A stretch of DNA of 61,028 nucleotides, the filler included, from Jimgerdemannia flammicorona (taxonomy: Eukaryota), in NCBI GenBank assembly GCA_003990765.1. It is 3 parts of 3 records of this genome, joined end to end, with 100 filler letters (N's around TTAATTAATTAA, not from the genome) between each part and the next. Parts side by side here need not be neighbours in the genome. Positions count along the whole stretch, not along the records: positions 20,382 to 40,658 come from RBNJ01001718.1; positions 40,759 to 61,028 come from RBNJ01001719.1; 1 more part is not named here. One strand, given 5' to 3'. The translations under genes were made by a program, and so were the position numbers. Positions 36,601-48,700 of this stretch are shown here, in pieces (the first letter of the stretch is position 1; every line of letters starts with the position of its first letter). Under the pieces are notes generated by a model that worked only from the letters and a program-made list of their open reading frames with translations, did not search any database and had not been told where the DNA came from.

Positions 36601-39600
36601 GTTGTTACTGGTCCTTGGTTAGAGTTGTCTCGATGTCGACAGCTTTGATTGCTGAATTTGCTGAGTCTTCCTCTCTGGTACCGTCAGTCTCACTGGAGAG
36701 GGCTTGCCATTTCCCAAGAATTCGAAGACTTCTTCCTCGTAGATGTCTATCAGTGGTTCGAAATATCCCAGTGTTGTTCCCTTGGGGATAGTTATTACTT
36801 CGAAGCCTGAGTTTCTGATAGGGATGTGGATTGGTGACATCTGGTCATGAATTCATTCTTCAGCCAGGAGGATGTGGTATTCCTTTTGAAGCTCCAGTGA
36901 TGGTGCAAATATCAAGTTGTTTGCTTCTACTGGTAGGTGCACATCTAGGCCTTTTTTCTGGTAGGGCTGCAGGAGGATGTCTTCTCTTGCTCAGATTGGG
37001 CGGCAGATGTGGGGTCTTATTTGTCAGAATTGAGCAACTGTTGCCAAATGAACCTCGATAGGTGGTGTCCGTAGATTTCTATTGGTGCTTCCAAAGCCTC
37101 CTTGTCTTCTGTTGGTATCTTCTAGTTGGTCTATCTCTTGGATGGTCGGCTGTAATATCTTGATAAACAGAATTTGGCAGATGGCTTCCATAGGACTGAA
37201 GAATCAGCTGGTTCTACTAGAATTGCATATAATGACCTTCAAGGGACCTCGGTAGTCCTGATCGATGACTCCTCCTTCTACTGTGACTCCTTTGGTTGCC
37301 AATGAGGATCTTGAGGCCAATTGTCCATAATGCCCCAGTGGTATAGCGAGTGCGATCTATAGATCAAAAGTCCTGGTACTTCTGGGTCGGATTCTTGCTT
37401 GGTAGGGGAGGCAGAGGTCATAACCAACTGATCCTTCTGTTTGTGCAAGAGGTGGCTGTGCCCAGGGTGAAAGCAGCTTGACCTGGATAATTGGTTGAGC
37501 TTTGAGAAATGGCACCTCAGCTGTTGCCAGTATAGGTGAGAAGTCCATGTGCTCCAGTTTGAAGAAAGGCCAGTGAGCTCCCATCTTTGAGTTTCTTGTG
37601 TAATTGAATCCAGTCTTTCCTAGAGGGTCCAGAGCTTCCATAAGGATGAAGGCAAGATTGATACCTTCGTTTCCTTGATGAGGGTGGCAGTACCAGTGAA
37701 TGATGGCAAGAACTTCCAATGGTAGATCCCAGATAGAGGTCTTGCTCTTGAACTTACAATCTCCTTCATAGTTGATTTCCTTGCACTTCCGACAGGCCCA
37801 GCAAATTCGAGGTTCTTGCAGGGTGGGGTCCTTTCTCTTAACTCGGCTCTTGTAGACATCTTCACTGAGGTGAACATCTCGATGTTCACACCAGTAGCAG
37901 GTAAAGGTTTTTCCACAATCACAATGTCCCTTCTTGACAAAGTCTTCATTTCACTGTTTGACCTCCCTACTGGTAGGGAATCTCTTCCGATACTTGTCAT
38001 AGGTGGGCTGTGTGATCTGGAGGGCCTGAGTGATAGTGTAAGAGCTGTTGCTTTCTCCTTCAATGGTAAGGGACTTGAATGTTTGGCGGGCGAGGATCTT
38101 CTGTCCTTCCTTATAGGTCTTCTTGAAGGTCTTTGGGGTTGGAGGTTGCATTCGGCTGTGGGATGGTGCTTGCTTCAATTTGTTCTTGTTATTAATTTCT
38201 GGCATTGGAACCTTCTTGAGATCCAGGATTCAGCAATTGCTGCAATCATCTCTTGGTGAGTGGAAGCTGATGAAGTGTTCGCATATGCCTCAACAAAAGG
38301 CTTGCATGATCTGATTTTCTACCAGTGGTGGTGGTGGTTGAGCAGAAGGTCCTGCAAACTCAAGTGCTGCCCTTGCATTAATGGCTCTATCAATGCTTTC
38401 TTCCAGGCCTTCAACACCAATAACTCCAATGAAAGAGTCTTCTTGTTCGCTTTCTTGGTCCCTTGGGGCATCAAAATCACTTCCTAGTTCTTGTAGGAAA
38501 TTGGCCTTGCTTTCATCCTCAGTAGTAGTGGGGGTGTCGCCATGTCCTTGCCATTCTGTTTCTGAGGCTTGATTCATCTTTTTAGATAATCCTTTCGAGT
38601 TAATGGGCATCTTGTGCTTCTGTCCATGAGTGGAGAAGACCAGGAGTTGTTTCTTGATATCTACATTGGCTCCCACTCGGCTTAACCAGTCAGTTCCCAG
38701 GATCAGGTCATAGGAGGTTGTGGGGGTCATGACAGCTTTGGGTACATTGAGGCGGGCCTTTCCAACTTGAATGGGGATGTCTCTGACAAGTCCAAGGGGT
38801 GTAGAAGCTGATCCGTCGGCCATGATAACTCTTGCTTTGGTTCCTTCATCTATTCTCCATCCAATTCGCTCCAATATCCTTTGGGTGATGATGCATACTG
38901 CTGCTCCAGTATCGATGAGAATTCTGGCATTTTCACCATGCACTTTTCCATCGGCGAGTCTTGTAGATTGATGTTCATGTCACTGGCTCTCATGGACTGT
39001 GTGGATAGTGCTAGATTCTTGAGTGTGTGGTCCTTGGACTAGAAGTCTCTTGGTGTCTTCCTTGGCTTCTTTCAGGAATTTTTGCCTGACCTCTGGTACT
39101 TTCTTGAGGACTTGCTCAACTGTAAGACCAGCATTCTGTAGGTGGATATGTTCCCAAAGTGAGGCTGCTGCATGGGGCTTGCTGCTTCTTCGGTGTCTTG
39201 GTCCCTTGGGGTGTAGTCTCTCATTCCTGATGGGCATTTCATCAGCTGAAGATTCTATACTCATATGCTCATCTTCTTCAAGGTCTGGCAGGGTAGAGCT
39301 GGGGGTTGTCCTAGATGGTCTGGCTTCTGGTTCAGGAGTATCTCTTCTAACTCGCTTCTCCTGTTCTTGTAGAGTATCTGAAGAAGAATAGCCATGTCGA
39401 GGATGCTTGCCTGTGGATATAGTTACTGGCAGTTGAGGTGGGGGGTTCCTTCATGGTCTTCCTCGCCCTCTGGTCTCTGCGGGGGCAGCTTTCCATATCA
39501 CCTTGGATGGAAAGGCCTCGAAGTACGGGTAGATGTCATCTTCCTGACCATGGAGTCAGGCTGCTTCTTCTTCCATCTCCTGAGTCTCTTCATCTACCTG

Positions 39601-40620
39601 AAAGAGGTTGACATTTCTGTCATTGGACTAGGTGGATTGGTTCCTTGGACAATTCCTCTGGATGTGGCCTTGATTTCCACAGCTGAAGCAGGTGGGACCA
39701 TAGAAACCAGTCACTGATGAGGCTGTAGTTGCAGCTGATAGTGTGGGGGCAGGACCTCTGTTGTCTTGTTGCCAGTAGTCTGGTCTGTTATCACAACAGT
39801 AGTCTTGTTGTCTTCTACCTTGGTTGTTCAGCTGGGCAACCGTGATGGCCAGGTCCTTCATTTGCTTGGTGAGCGTTATTATAGGGTCTTCTTGAACTCT
39901 TGATGGTGGCTGCTGCTGTGGTTGCCTGAATGGAGTCGGATTTGTAGGTGCTGGTCTGTTCTCATAGTTGGTTATCTGGGCTCTGAGGAAGGCATTCTCT
40001 TGCTCCATAGTTGTTCCTCGGGTCCTTGGGGGTTCGGCTCAGATTGGCTCAGGATAGCCTTATACTTGTTGTACTGGTCTATAATCTGCTTCCCAACATC
40101 CTTGTGCTCCAGCAACTTGCTGTTCAATGTTTCGATATCCCATCCTGATAACTTGCCTTTGTAGTTCTGGATATAAGCCATTGAGGAAGGTAGTTGAGGC
40201 TAGGGCCAGTTGGACTGCTGGTTGAAGGTTCGCCTTGATCATTTGAGCTTAAATCCGATGATAGAAACTCTTGGGAGTTTCATTGGCAGCTTGGCTCATA
40301 TAGGTCAAAGCCTCCTGTGCTTCTTGTTGGCACTCGAATCCATTGAACTGGGCATGGAGCCAGGCTTTGTGAATCATGTACCTTGCTACATGGTTCCTAT
40401 CAGGTTGAAGGCCGTCATTCAGTTCCTCTGTATAGATTCCTCCTCCGGCTTGCTTGGCTTGATTATACCTCTGTAGGGCCGGTCCTCTCAGGAGTGACTC
40501 CACGATTCTGAGTTTTCTTGCAGCATCCCATTGTTTGGCGGCTGCTTGAACTTCAATTTCTCCAAAGAATTCCTCGATATCTTCATTGTCTGCACCATGG
40601 AACTTCTGAAGGTAGCTCAT
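33699..40620 (-). pseudogene. Family A gag-pro-dUTPase-RT-RH-IN polyprotein, interrupted by premature stops
   Basis: The ORF fragments join through TGA/TAG/TAA stops that mostly sit at CGA/CAG/CAA-compatible positions. Confidence 0.9.
37081..37495 (-). pseudogene. dUTPase domain of family A pol
   Basis: All five trimeric dUTPase motifs: VGYDL, SRSS, GVIDQDYRG, ICQIL, RRQGGFGST. Confidence 0.92.
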
Positions 40621-40658
40621 GTCTGGCTTGTCTTCACTATCTGAGTATTGTTCAGGGG

Positions 40659-40758
40659 NNNNNNNNNNNNNNNNNNNNNNNNNNNNNNNNNNNNNNNNNN
40701 NNTTAATTAATTAANNNNNNNNNNNNNNNNNNNNNNNNNNNNNNNNNNNNNNNNNNNN
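40659..40758. other. Artificial contig spacer (N44-TTAATTAATTAA-N44)
   Basis: Same structure as 20282-20381. Confidence 0.97.
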
Positions 40759-41360
40759 CCCCTCTCACTCTTACTTCTCCCCCCCACCTCCTCACAATGA
40801 AAGACCACTTTGTCAAACATCATCTCTATCTGTCTGTTCACAGATCCCTTTTACTAGATGGTGATATCACCTGCCCTAGAGACTCCAGCCGACCCACCAC
40901 CTAGTCAGCAGATCTCCCAACAACCCCTCCCACCTTAACAACTTCTTCTACAGACCTATCTGTTACCCATCCTTGAAAATGAAGAGCCAATGTCCAGCCA
41001 ACCCTACCCACACTGCTAAAACCCACTCTACAGTGAGTCACCTATTATCAATACCTCCTACTAGTTGAGATTTCAAATCCTCCCAGTGATCTCTCTCTCC
41101 ATCCAACCTCCTCTCTACACCCAGCTGGTCTCCTATAGCTATCCAAAAGTCTCCCAAAACCTCACACTCTCCTAGTCAATGTTCTGGCATTTATATAAAT
41201 CCCCCAACCTGCCCTACATTATAACACTCCTTACAATCCAGTTGGCCCCTATCTACCAGATGCCCAGTACAGAAATTCAATATAATATTCCTCCACAGTA
41301 TCCACTACTATACTACTCAGAACTTGGGAGGAAGCCACCTCTATACATCAGCACTCAATA
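40759..41360 (-). mobile_element. 3' fragment of the LINE family (C-terminal finger region), reverse orientation
   Basis: The reverse complement of 41161-41250 matches gagtgttacaatatagggcaagttgggggtttggtgcagatgccagaacattgg at 51081-51135. Confidence 0.8.
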
Positions 41361-42694
41361 ATATTACCATCAATGATCTCATCTCTGATAAAGTAGTCAT
41401 CTAGAAAGAGTTGTTCATGGATTAATTCTCCTTATTCACTGAGATAATAATACATTGGGACTTCATTACTATTCCATAGGATAGCATCATCTGTCTTATA
41501 TGCTGGATAAGATATTGGTAGGCAAAGGAGGGGTACATCATCTTCACTTTCATCAGATTCACAGTCTGTATACCTTCTATAAGTTATGGCACTATGAGTT
41601 GCTGGGTTGTAGTAAGCTGGTAACTGTGGTTCATGTTACTCATACTTAGATAGTGGACTTGTTGGTTTGATCTCAAGAGTTATCTAGAGGTATAGATTGT
41701 GTTCTCTAGTCTTTTCATTATAGTTGAAGTAATTAGGAGTAAATGTGGGTTAGTACTCATACTAGTGATCATTGTCTCAATAAGTTTTGTAGGTGGTTAT
41801 GAACTGTTGTAAGTTCATTGGCAAGGTTGGCAGTATGATCAGAGTTGGCAGAGATCCTTGGCTTGAGATCATATTGATATCAGAGGAATCATTGTCTTCT
41901 GCTTTGTCTTCATCAAATCAGATTATATTATAGATATCCTTCATAGCATATTTAACTTGAGGCATTTGTAGGATATGATCATTGAGGTGTAAGAAGGTTC
42001 TGCCTATAGTCTGAATGTATTTGAGATACTTATAGTTGAGTTCTTATATCATGTCACTTATTTGGCTGTAGGACAGGATAGCAACCATTTCAGTAGTAGT
42101 AATTTGGAGGTAGGAGATAACAGTGCTATACTCATAGAAGAGTTCTCAATGTTTGCAGACAATAAGTTTCTAGTGTTGAGATATCTAGATAATATCTGTA
42201 TCATGATAGTGTTCAATTATATCTTTCAGGAGGCAGCTGATCTGATAGTAGCTTGAGATTTGTCCAATTTGGTGAGCTTTGCTAAGTATGTTCAGGGCAT
42301 TCTATTGGGCTTTTACAAAGTAGAGGAGTGATAGGCTATGGATATTCATGAGGGGCAGAGGGGGTGTGGCTTAGTTGATAATGAAATTCCAAATATCAAC
42401 ATAGATGTAATTGTAGATCTCAGTAGTCATATTTGTATATGTTCAGGAGTTAGAGTTATTTGTTTAGTTTGTTTTAGTTCTTTGTTTTGATATATCTTGG
42501 TGCTTGGTATATATACATTTGGTCCTAATTGGTAAGATTCTATTTGTATGAATCTTATATTCTATGACTTTATATTGACTCAGCTTTGTGCACTATGACT
42601 TCAGTTTGACTCAGCTTCATAATCTTGCAGGTGATTTCCAGATTTATTCAGGAGTCACATGTAATTTCAGTGGCTTGGAGGTTGTATGCTTATA
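41361..42694 (-). mobile_element. Decayed probable LTR of a third retroelement family, containing a disrupted ORF
   Basis: Minus-strand start tataagcatacaacctccaagccac matches tgtaagcatataacctctaagccac at 22000-21976, which follows a PPT-like ggggagagt. Confidence 0.4.
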
Positions 42695-43402
42695 GAGCAT
42701 CAGTTACTTCTTGATTTGAGAGTTGTTTTAGTAACTTTTAGAATTATAATCCTACTTTTTTTGCAGATATAGTTTTATTATATATTGTTAGATAGTCTTT
42801 TATAAAAGAGTTAAGTATAGTAGTACAGAGTGCTTCTTAGATAAATATATATTTTTTGAAGAGAAAGAGAAGAGTAGATAGAAGTTTAGTTTAAAAGAAG
42901 AAGATAAGAGACTAAAATTGAAAAAAAGTAAGTGATAAAATATTGTTTATTTAATATAATCAAAATTATAGCATTTAATTGATTAAGATAAGAAATATAT
43001 ATGCTATTTTTCAAATTAGCTTATAATAGTAAATAAAAATAAATAAAATTAAAATAGAAAATAATTTTTTTTTATATATATCTAAAACTTATCCATTCTT
43101 TCTCAACAATGGTAGTCTCTGTTTAAGTTAAAACTGAAGAGAAATAGAATGAGATAATTTTTTATTTAAAAATAAGAAACTTTCAATAGCTATAACTTTT
43201 AAAAAATATTTAATAATATAGCTAATTTATTGTGAAGTATAACTCTGAAAATTCTAACAAAGATATACTATTTCTGAAATTTTCACCTATGTTTTTAATA
43301 TCTAACTTTCAAAAGAAAAGATATGTAAAAATTTTAGCTAAATTTTATATAAAAATAAGCTATAGTAATTATTATAAATCTTTTACTAAAATCTGAAGAT
43401 AT

Positions 43403-43846
43403 TGTGATAGTACAGCCAAAGTTGGAAGAAGGAAATAGGGAATAGACACTCGATTGCACCCAGTCCCAAAGTAGTATAGCCTTATAGTTAGCAGTTCTCA
43501 ATTTCGACATTGTTTAAATTCTTAGACATCATCCAAATCGAACGTTCCAATTTAGTATTATTTAGACATTGTCCAAATATTTCGACAAAGTCCAAATGAC
43601 TCATTTATTATTTAGCCACCTTTACATAGCTAGCAAACTTGTATAAATAACCCAGTATCTTGGAGTGAATAAACCTCAGATTGAAAGTGTTAGAAAAAGA
43701 ACAAGTATACTGATAAAAGGACCTTCAGGATTACCTCTTTAAACACATTTGGCCTTAAGGAACTACTGACTCTGGGAGTCAAGAAGATAAGAATTCAAGA
43801 TAAAAAAATCCAACATACTTGCCTGTCTTAGTGTCCACTAGTTACA
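43403..43846 (+). repeat. Family B 5' LTR (444 bp)
   Basis: Direct repeat of 55507-55972; TATAAATA at 43642, AATAAA at 43668; followed by PBS-like TGGTGCCCATTGG at 43850. Confidence 0.95.
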
Positions 43847-45766
43847 ACTTGGTGCCCATTGGCTGGTGATTCAAGATGAATCTCTCACTTTCAAGCTGAA
43901 CAATGAACAACTGCAACAAGAATCCACACAACACAATCAGACAAAATGGATATAAGACCACCCGTATTCCATAGATACATCTCTGATGAATCAATCATCA
44001 CCTTCATCAATGATTTTGAGCAGTATGCTGCCATAAGGATCTTAAGCGCAGTACAATAAGTAGCCCTACTCCCTGTAAGCCTCAGAGATCCAGTGAGAAC
44101 TGCATTTATTGCAGCCAATATTGTGGAAAATGATGATCCAACAAGACTCCTAACTTTCAAGGCCTAGCTCCAAGCAACTTATTACACAGATGAAATCAAA
44201 CAGGCACTCAAGGATCAACTGAATACTATCTGCCAAGAAATGTCCAAAGATCCAAACACATTCTATACAAGAATCCGACATCAAATAGTCCTTGCTGACA
44301 CCCCAATGCAGTTCAAGACCAAGTAGTGGAAAATACCTTCATGAAAGACATTCATCAAGAAATTGCTTTAGCTATCCGATCTACTCCAACAGCTCTGGAC
44401 CTGAGCCAGAAGGTTACCTACACCCAAAGATACTAGACTGCCAGATACTCTCAAGGCCATACAATAGAAAGAATAATAGGAGTAAAAATCAAACAAGCAC
44501 CAAGAGTCACCAATACAGTCCCAGCTACCATAGTCAACCAAAATACTCAATGACAACCACAAGAACAGAGAAGGGCTGACCCAATGGAGGAACTGGCTAA
44601 ATAGTTCACAGAAATGACTGCACACCTCAGTGATATAGTCAAAGAGTTCAAGAAGAAGCCAGTACAGAAGTTTGCTGCTACAAATACAAGACAATCAATA
44701 ACATACTACAACTGTAGAGAAGAAGGCCACTATGCCTCTAAATGCATGACAGAAACCAAGCGAAAGGCCAATTCAAGCAATACAACCAGAAACCACAAGC
44801 AGGCAAACACTATCACCTTCGAGGAGATTGGAGAATCTGAGGAAGAGAGAGAGATATGGGAAGCTTACTCTGCCACCTCAAGCAAGAAGAATGTCTGATC
44901 CAGTCCCTACAAAAGACCTCCAGGCAGACCTCCTAAGAAGGCCCAGACACAAACAAGACAACCAGAAACAGTTATCGAAAAAGAGAACCAGCAGAGTGAA
45001 GCTGATCAAGATATGGAGCTAGAACAAGATGCTGAACTTGAATGAGTGATAGAAGATATCATCAGAAATACCACCCCATCAAGTGAAGGAAAGAAGGAGC
45101 AGAAATTATGCAAGAGCAAGACCTTCAAGTATGATATCTTCAAGGACCTCAAGGACCAAAAGGTCAATGTAACCTTTGGCCAACTAGCAGAAATCCCAAC
45201 CTTCAGACAATAAATGAGGACAGGAATCTCAGATATCAGCAAAGACCAAGGTTGGAAAATAATTGAAGCCAATAATGCATAAGAAGATTCAGATGAAGAG
45301 AGTGAAGATAATCAGAAAACATCAGCCTATGCTACCTACCAGATCGAGGATTGAGTCTTCGAAGCCATTATTGATATAGGAGTAGGAGAATGTCTCATTA
45401 CTAAGAAAGCAGTAGACTGCCTAGGCTGGGAGATAGAAGAAGCCACCAAACTGGTATTTGTCACAGCTGATGGAACATGAGCAACACTCTTGAGAAAGAT
45501 CCAAGATGTACTAATCAAGTTCGGAGAGGCCACTATTCCTGTAAATGTCATCATCACCAATGCAACCAACTATGATATCCTCATCGGCAATCAATGGCTT
45601 CATAAAGCCAAGGCAATGATTGACCTCAGTGTACAGAAGATGCAGATCATTTACCGGGGAAAGAAGATCAGAATTCCCATCAATGTCCATAAAGGAGTCT
45701 GCCCTGAGATAGAGGAAGACCAAGAAGAAGAAGCCTATATGGTTACTACAAAGAAAGGAAAAGGCA

Positions 45767-48700
45767 TACTCGACTGGTAACATTCAGGTGACACGAGACT
45801 CAGACAACACTTTTAATAACATTTTGGTGAAAGGCGACTAGCAACATAGAGAGCAATGACCATACAGATGTGCATACTAGGTCGGGTGGATCTAGGGCCT
45901 TCGGCTGACAGCAGGTGGGAAGGGGTTATGGCCTGGAGATGGGGGCTTTCGGAGGACCAAAGAATGGTGAAGGCTCTGGAGGGGGACTGATATCCAGTGG
46001 CAATGGAGGAAGATCTGGTCCCCCTAGCTTTGCCGACAAGGTTAAGGAGGGTGGGTGGCCACCTGGTAGTAGGGCTGGTGCTGCTGAGGGGAAAGGCAAG
46101 GTGAGTCTTGAGAGGGGGGGGGCAGTGCTCCAGTTGGGAGTGCAGGTGTAGGGGCTGGTGATGCTGTGGCTGGGGGTGTGACTGTTGATGGGAGTGTGAT
46201 GGGGAATCAGAAAAAAAAAGGAGATGTGATGGCTGATGGCCAGGGGGGGCAGGGGTTCCCAATGAGGAAGGGGGACCTGGCAGATGGTGTAATGGGGCTG
46301 GTGGTAACCCCATTGCTCAAGAAGTCAATCTCGGAGTTTGCAGTGACCTTGTGCTTCTGGGGCTTGGCAGTGATGGCAAGGATGGTTCTGGGGCTTGTCT
46401 CGAAGCAGGTGGCTGGGGCAGCCTCAGTGAAGTTCTTAAAGGGCCTGGAGGGAGTTGAGGTGGGATTTGAGGAGACTGGTCCACTGGATGAGGCACTGAA
46501 GACTAGAGTCATGGTTGGGGAGGTGGTGGTCCCCATGGTGCAGTACTTGCAATGGGACCCCAGAGTGGTGCAGCTTCTGGTGAAGGGGGTGCCCACGGTG
46601 ACCAAGGAGGAGACTAGGAAGAGGGTGGAGGAGGTGATGATTGAGTATGGTGATGTGGTGGACATTGGCTTTCAAGTGTGGGAGGAGACGATGATCAGGA
46701 TGGGTAATATTGATATCAGGATTCAGCTGGCGGGAAAGGAGGCCATGGGGAAGGCAAATGACTGGCCTTCTGTGCTGATGTGGGGGGCATTCATCTGTAA
46801 GGTGTTGAGGGTGAAGGGGAGTGAGAAGGAGGAGGAGGACTTGTTAGGGGCACTGGAGGAGATGAGTGGAGCTGTGGAGAGGAGGGCGAGGGCCTGGAAG
46901 ATGTATGAGGAGTCGACACATCTGGAGGTTATGGAGGGGAAGTGAATCTACATGGGCAAGGAGCAGTGGGAGCGGGCGCAGGGGCGCAGGAGGCAGAGGG
47001 AGCTACTGGCAAGTATGACAGTCGAGGCAAAGAAGAAGGCAGTTGGGGCTGAGGTGTCTGGGGGCATCAAGGCCAGTGTCTGGGCTAGTAATGGGGTAGG
47101 GGAGGTGGAGGTTGGCAAGGAAGGAGATGGGAAGGTACTGGGTAAGGACCCTTTTGCTGATGGCACCTTCGAGGTCTGGGAGCCAGAATTGGACTCCACC
47201 CCCCCCCCTCTGATCAGGAGGGGCCCAGCTACAAAGAGAAGGGCATCAGAGGATGTGCTGATGAAGGGAGCCCAGTGAGTGCATTTTGGGGTCCCTGATG
47301 TGGCAAAAGGGGGCCAGGTGGTGGCAGCTGGTGAGGATGAGCTGGTGGATATCCCTGAGAAGGAGTGGGATGAGGCTACCAGTGTAGGTACTGACACCAT
47401 GATGTTGGATGCAGGATGGCCAGAGACTCCTGGAGGGAAGGAGGTAGGCAACTTGCTGTGGATGAGCAAGGTGATGGATAACCTCGCAGCTGATACATTG
47501 GGAGAAGTGGACCTGTGGGTTATGCCAGAGGGGTACTGGGAGAGGATTCTGAGTGGTGAAGAAGTTGTAGAGGCACTGAAGGGGGAGATTCTTGCAATCC
47601 TCTTGATAGAGGAGGGATATGAGGTTGATGAGGTGAGGAAGGCAGAGCTGGTGGTGGCTGCAGGTGAGCAGACAACATACTGCTGGGCTGAGCAGCATGG
47701 TTTGCAGCTCTGGAGGGAGGCCTGCCTGGAGTATCGAGAGGAATTTGAGGAGAGAGAAGATGAAGCGATGGTAGAACTCCTGGGAGGATTGGCGGCATGG
47801 AAAGCTGGGGAATGAGAACTAGCTGCTGAACATGAATTGGACTTGATGCAGGAGGAGCTGAATGTGGACTTGTAGAGGATGGGATCACTTTTTAACATTA
47901 TTCCCTATGAATAGTACAACTAATATTTTCTCTTTGAATGTGAATGGGCTGAGGGGGTCTGGATGGCATAAGAACATTTTCACTTGGCTCAAGGGATTGG
48001 AGGCTGATCTCTTTTTACTACAGGATGTGCAGTGTGAGGATGAGGGTAATTGGGTAAAGTGGTCTAAGGAATGGGGCAGAGCTTCTGTTTGGTTTGGAAA
48101 GGTGGCAATTCTGGTGAGGAAGGATAGAGGTGACTTGGAGGGAATCAGGAGCTGGGGTGACCATTTGGTCTAGGGTGATTGGCAGCAGCCAGGGTGGGAG
48201 TCAGTGAGGATTGGCTCTTGCTACTACCCTGCAGTTAGGGGTGAGAGGATTGCTTGGATTAAGGAGCTGCTAGAGGAGGGTGTTCTCTTGGTGGAAGGGG
48301 TTGATGTGATTGGGGGGGACTTTAATATGGTTCGGGATCAGCATCTGGACTGTACTGATGGTGGGAGGAGTACCAGAGGGAGAAGTGGAGGCCTGGATGT
48401 ATGGGAGAAGGTGGAGAGGTTGAGCTCCTTAGGGGATATGGGTAGAATGTGATGGGGTGACTCCAGGGTCTATATGCATTGGGTGAATGGCTTGGGTATA
48501 AGGATTGACTGGATTCTGATGGCAGAATGCTGGGGGTCTGATGTCTGGAAGGGATTGGAGGTGGAATGGTGCCTATGGTCTGATCACTGGGGACTGTTGG
48601 GACAGGGGCTGTTTGGGGGGAGTAGAGATGGACCTGGACATTGGCACCTCAACTCCTCCCTACTAGCTGAGAAGGGGTTGTGGGATTCATGGGTAGAGGA

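Larger units (their letters stand above)
31330..40658 (-). mobile_element. Ty3/Gypsy LTR retrotransposon family A, copy 1 (5' end cut by the contig end)
   Basis: Domain order gag (CCHC CFSCGNQGHIQRNC), protease (LIDTGA), dUTPase, RT (YIDD at 36029-36040), RNase H (VTDAS), integrase (CDIC; GIDIIGPL; PKWEGPY), PPT, 3' LTR. This is the Gypsy order. Confidence 0.95.

Noticed and set aside
46948..47898. Long minus-strand Ser/Pro-rich ORFs antisense to the LINE (also 23371-24087)
   Set aside because: Expected from the C-rich antisense strand, which is poor in stop codons; no independent coding signal.
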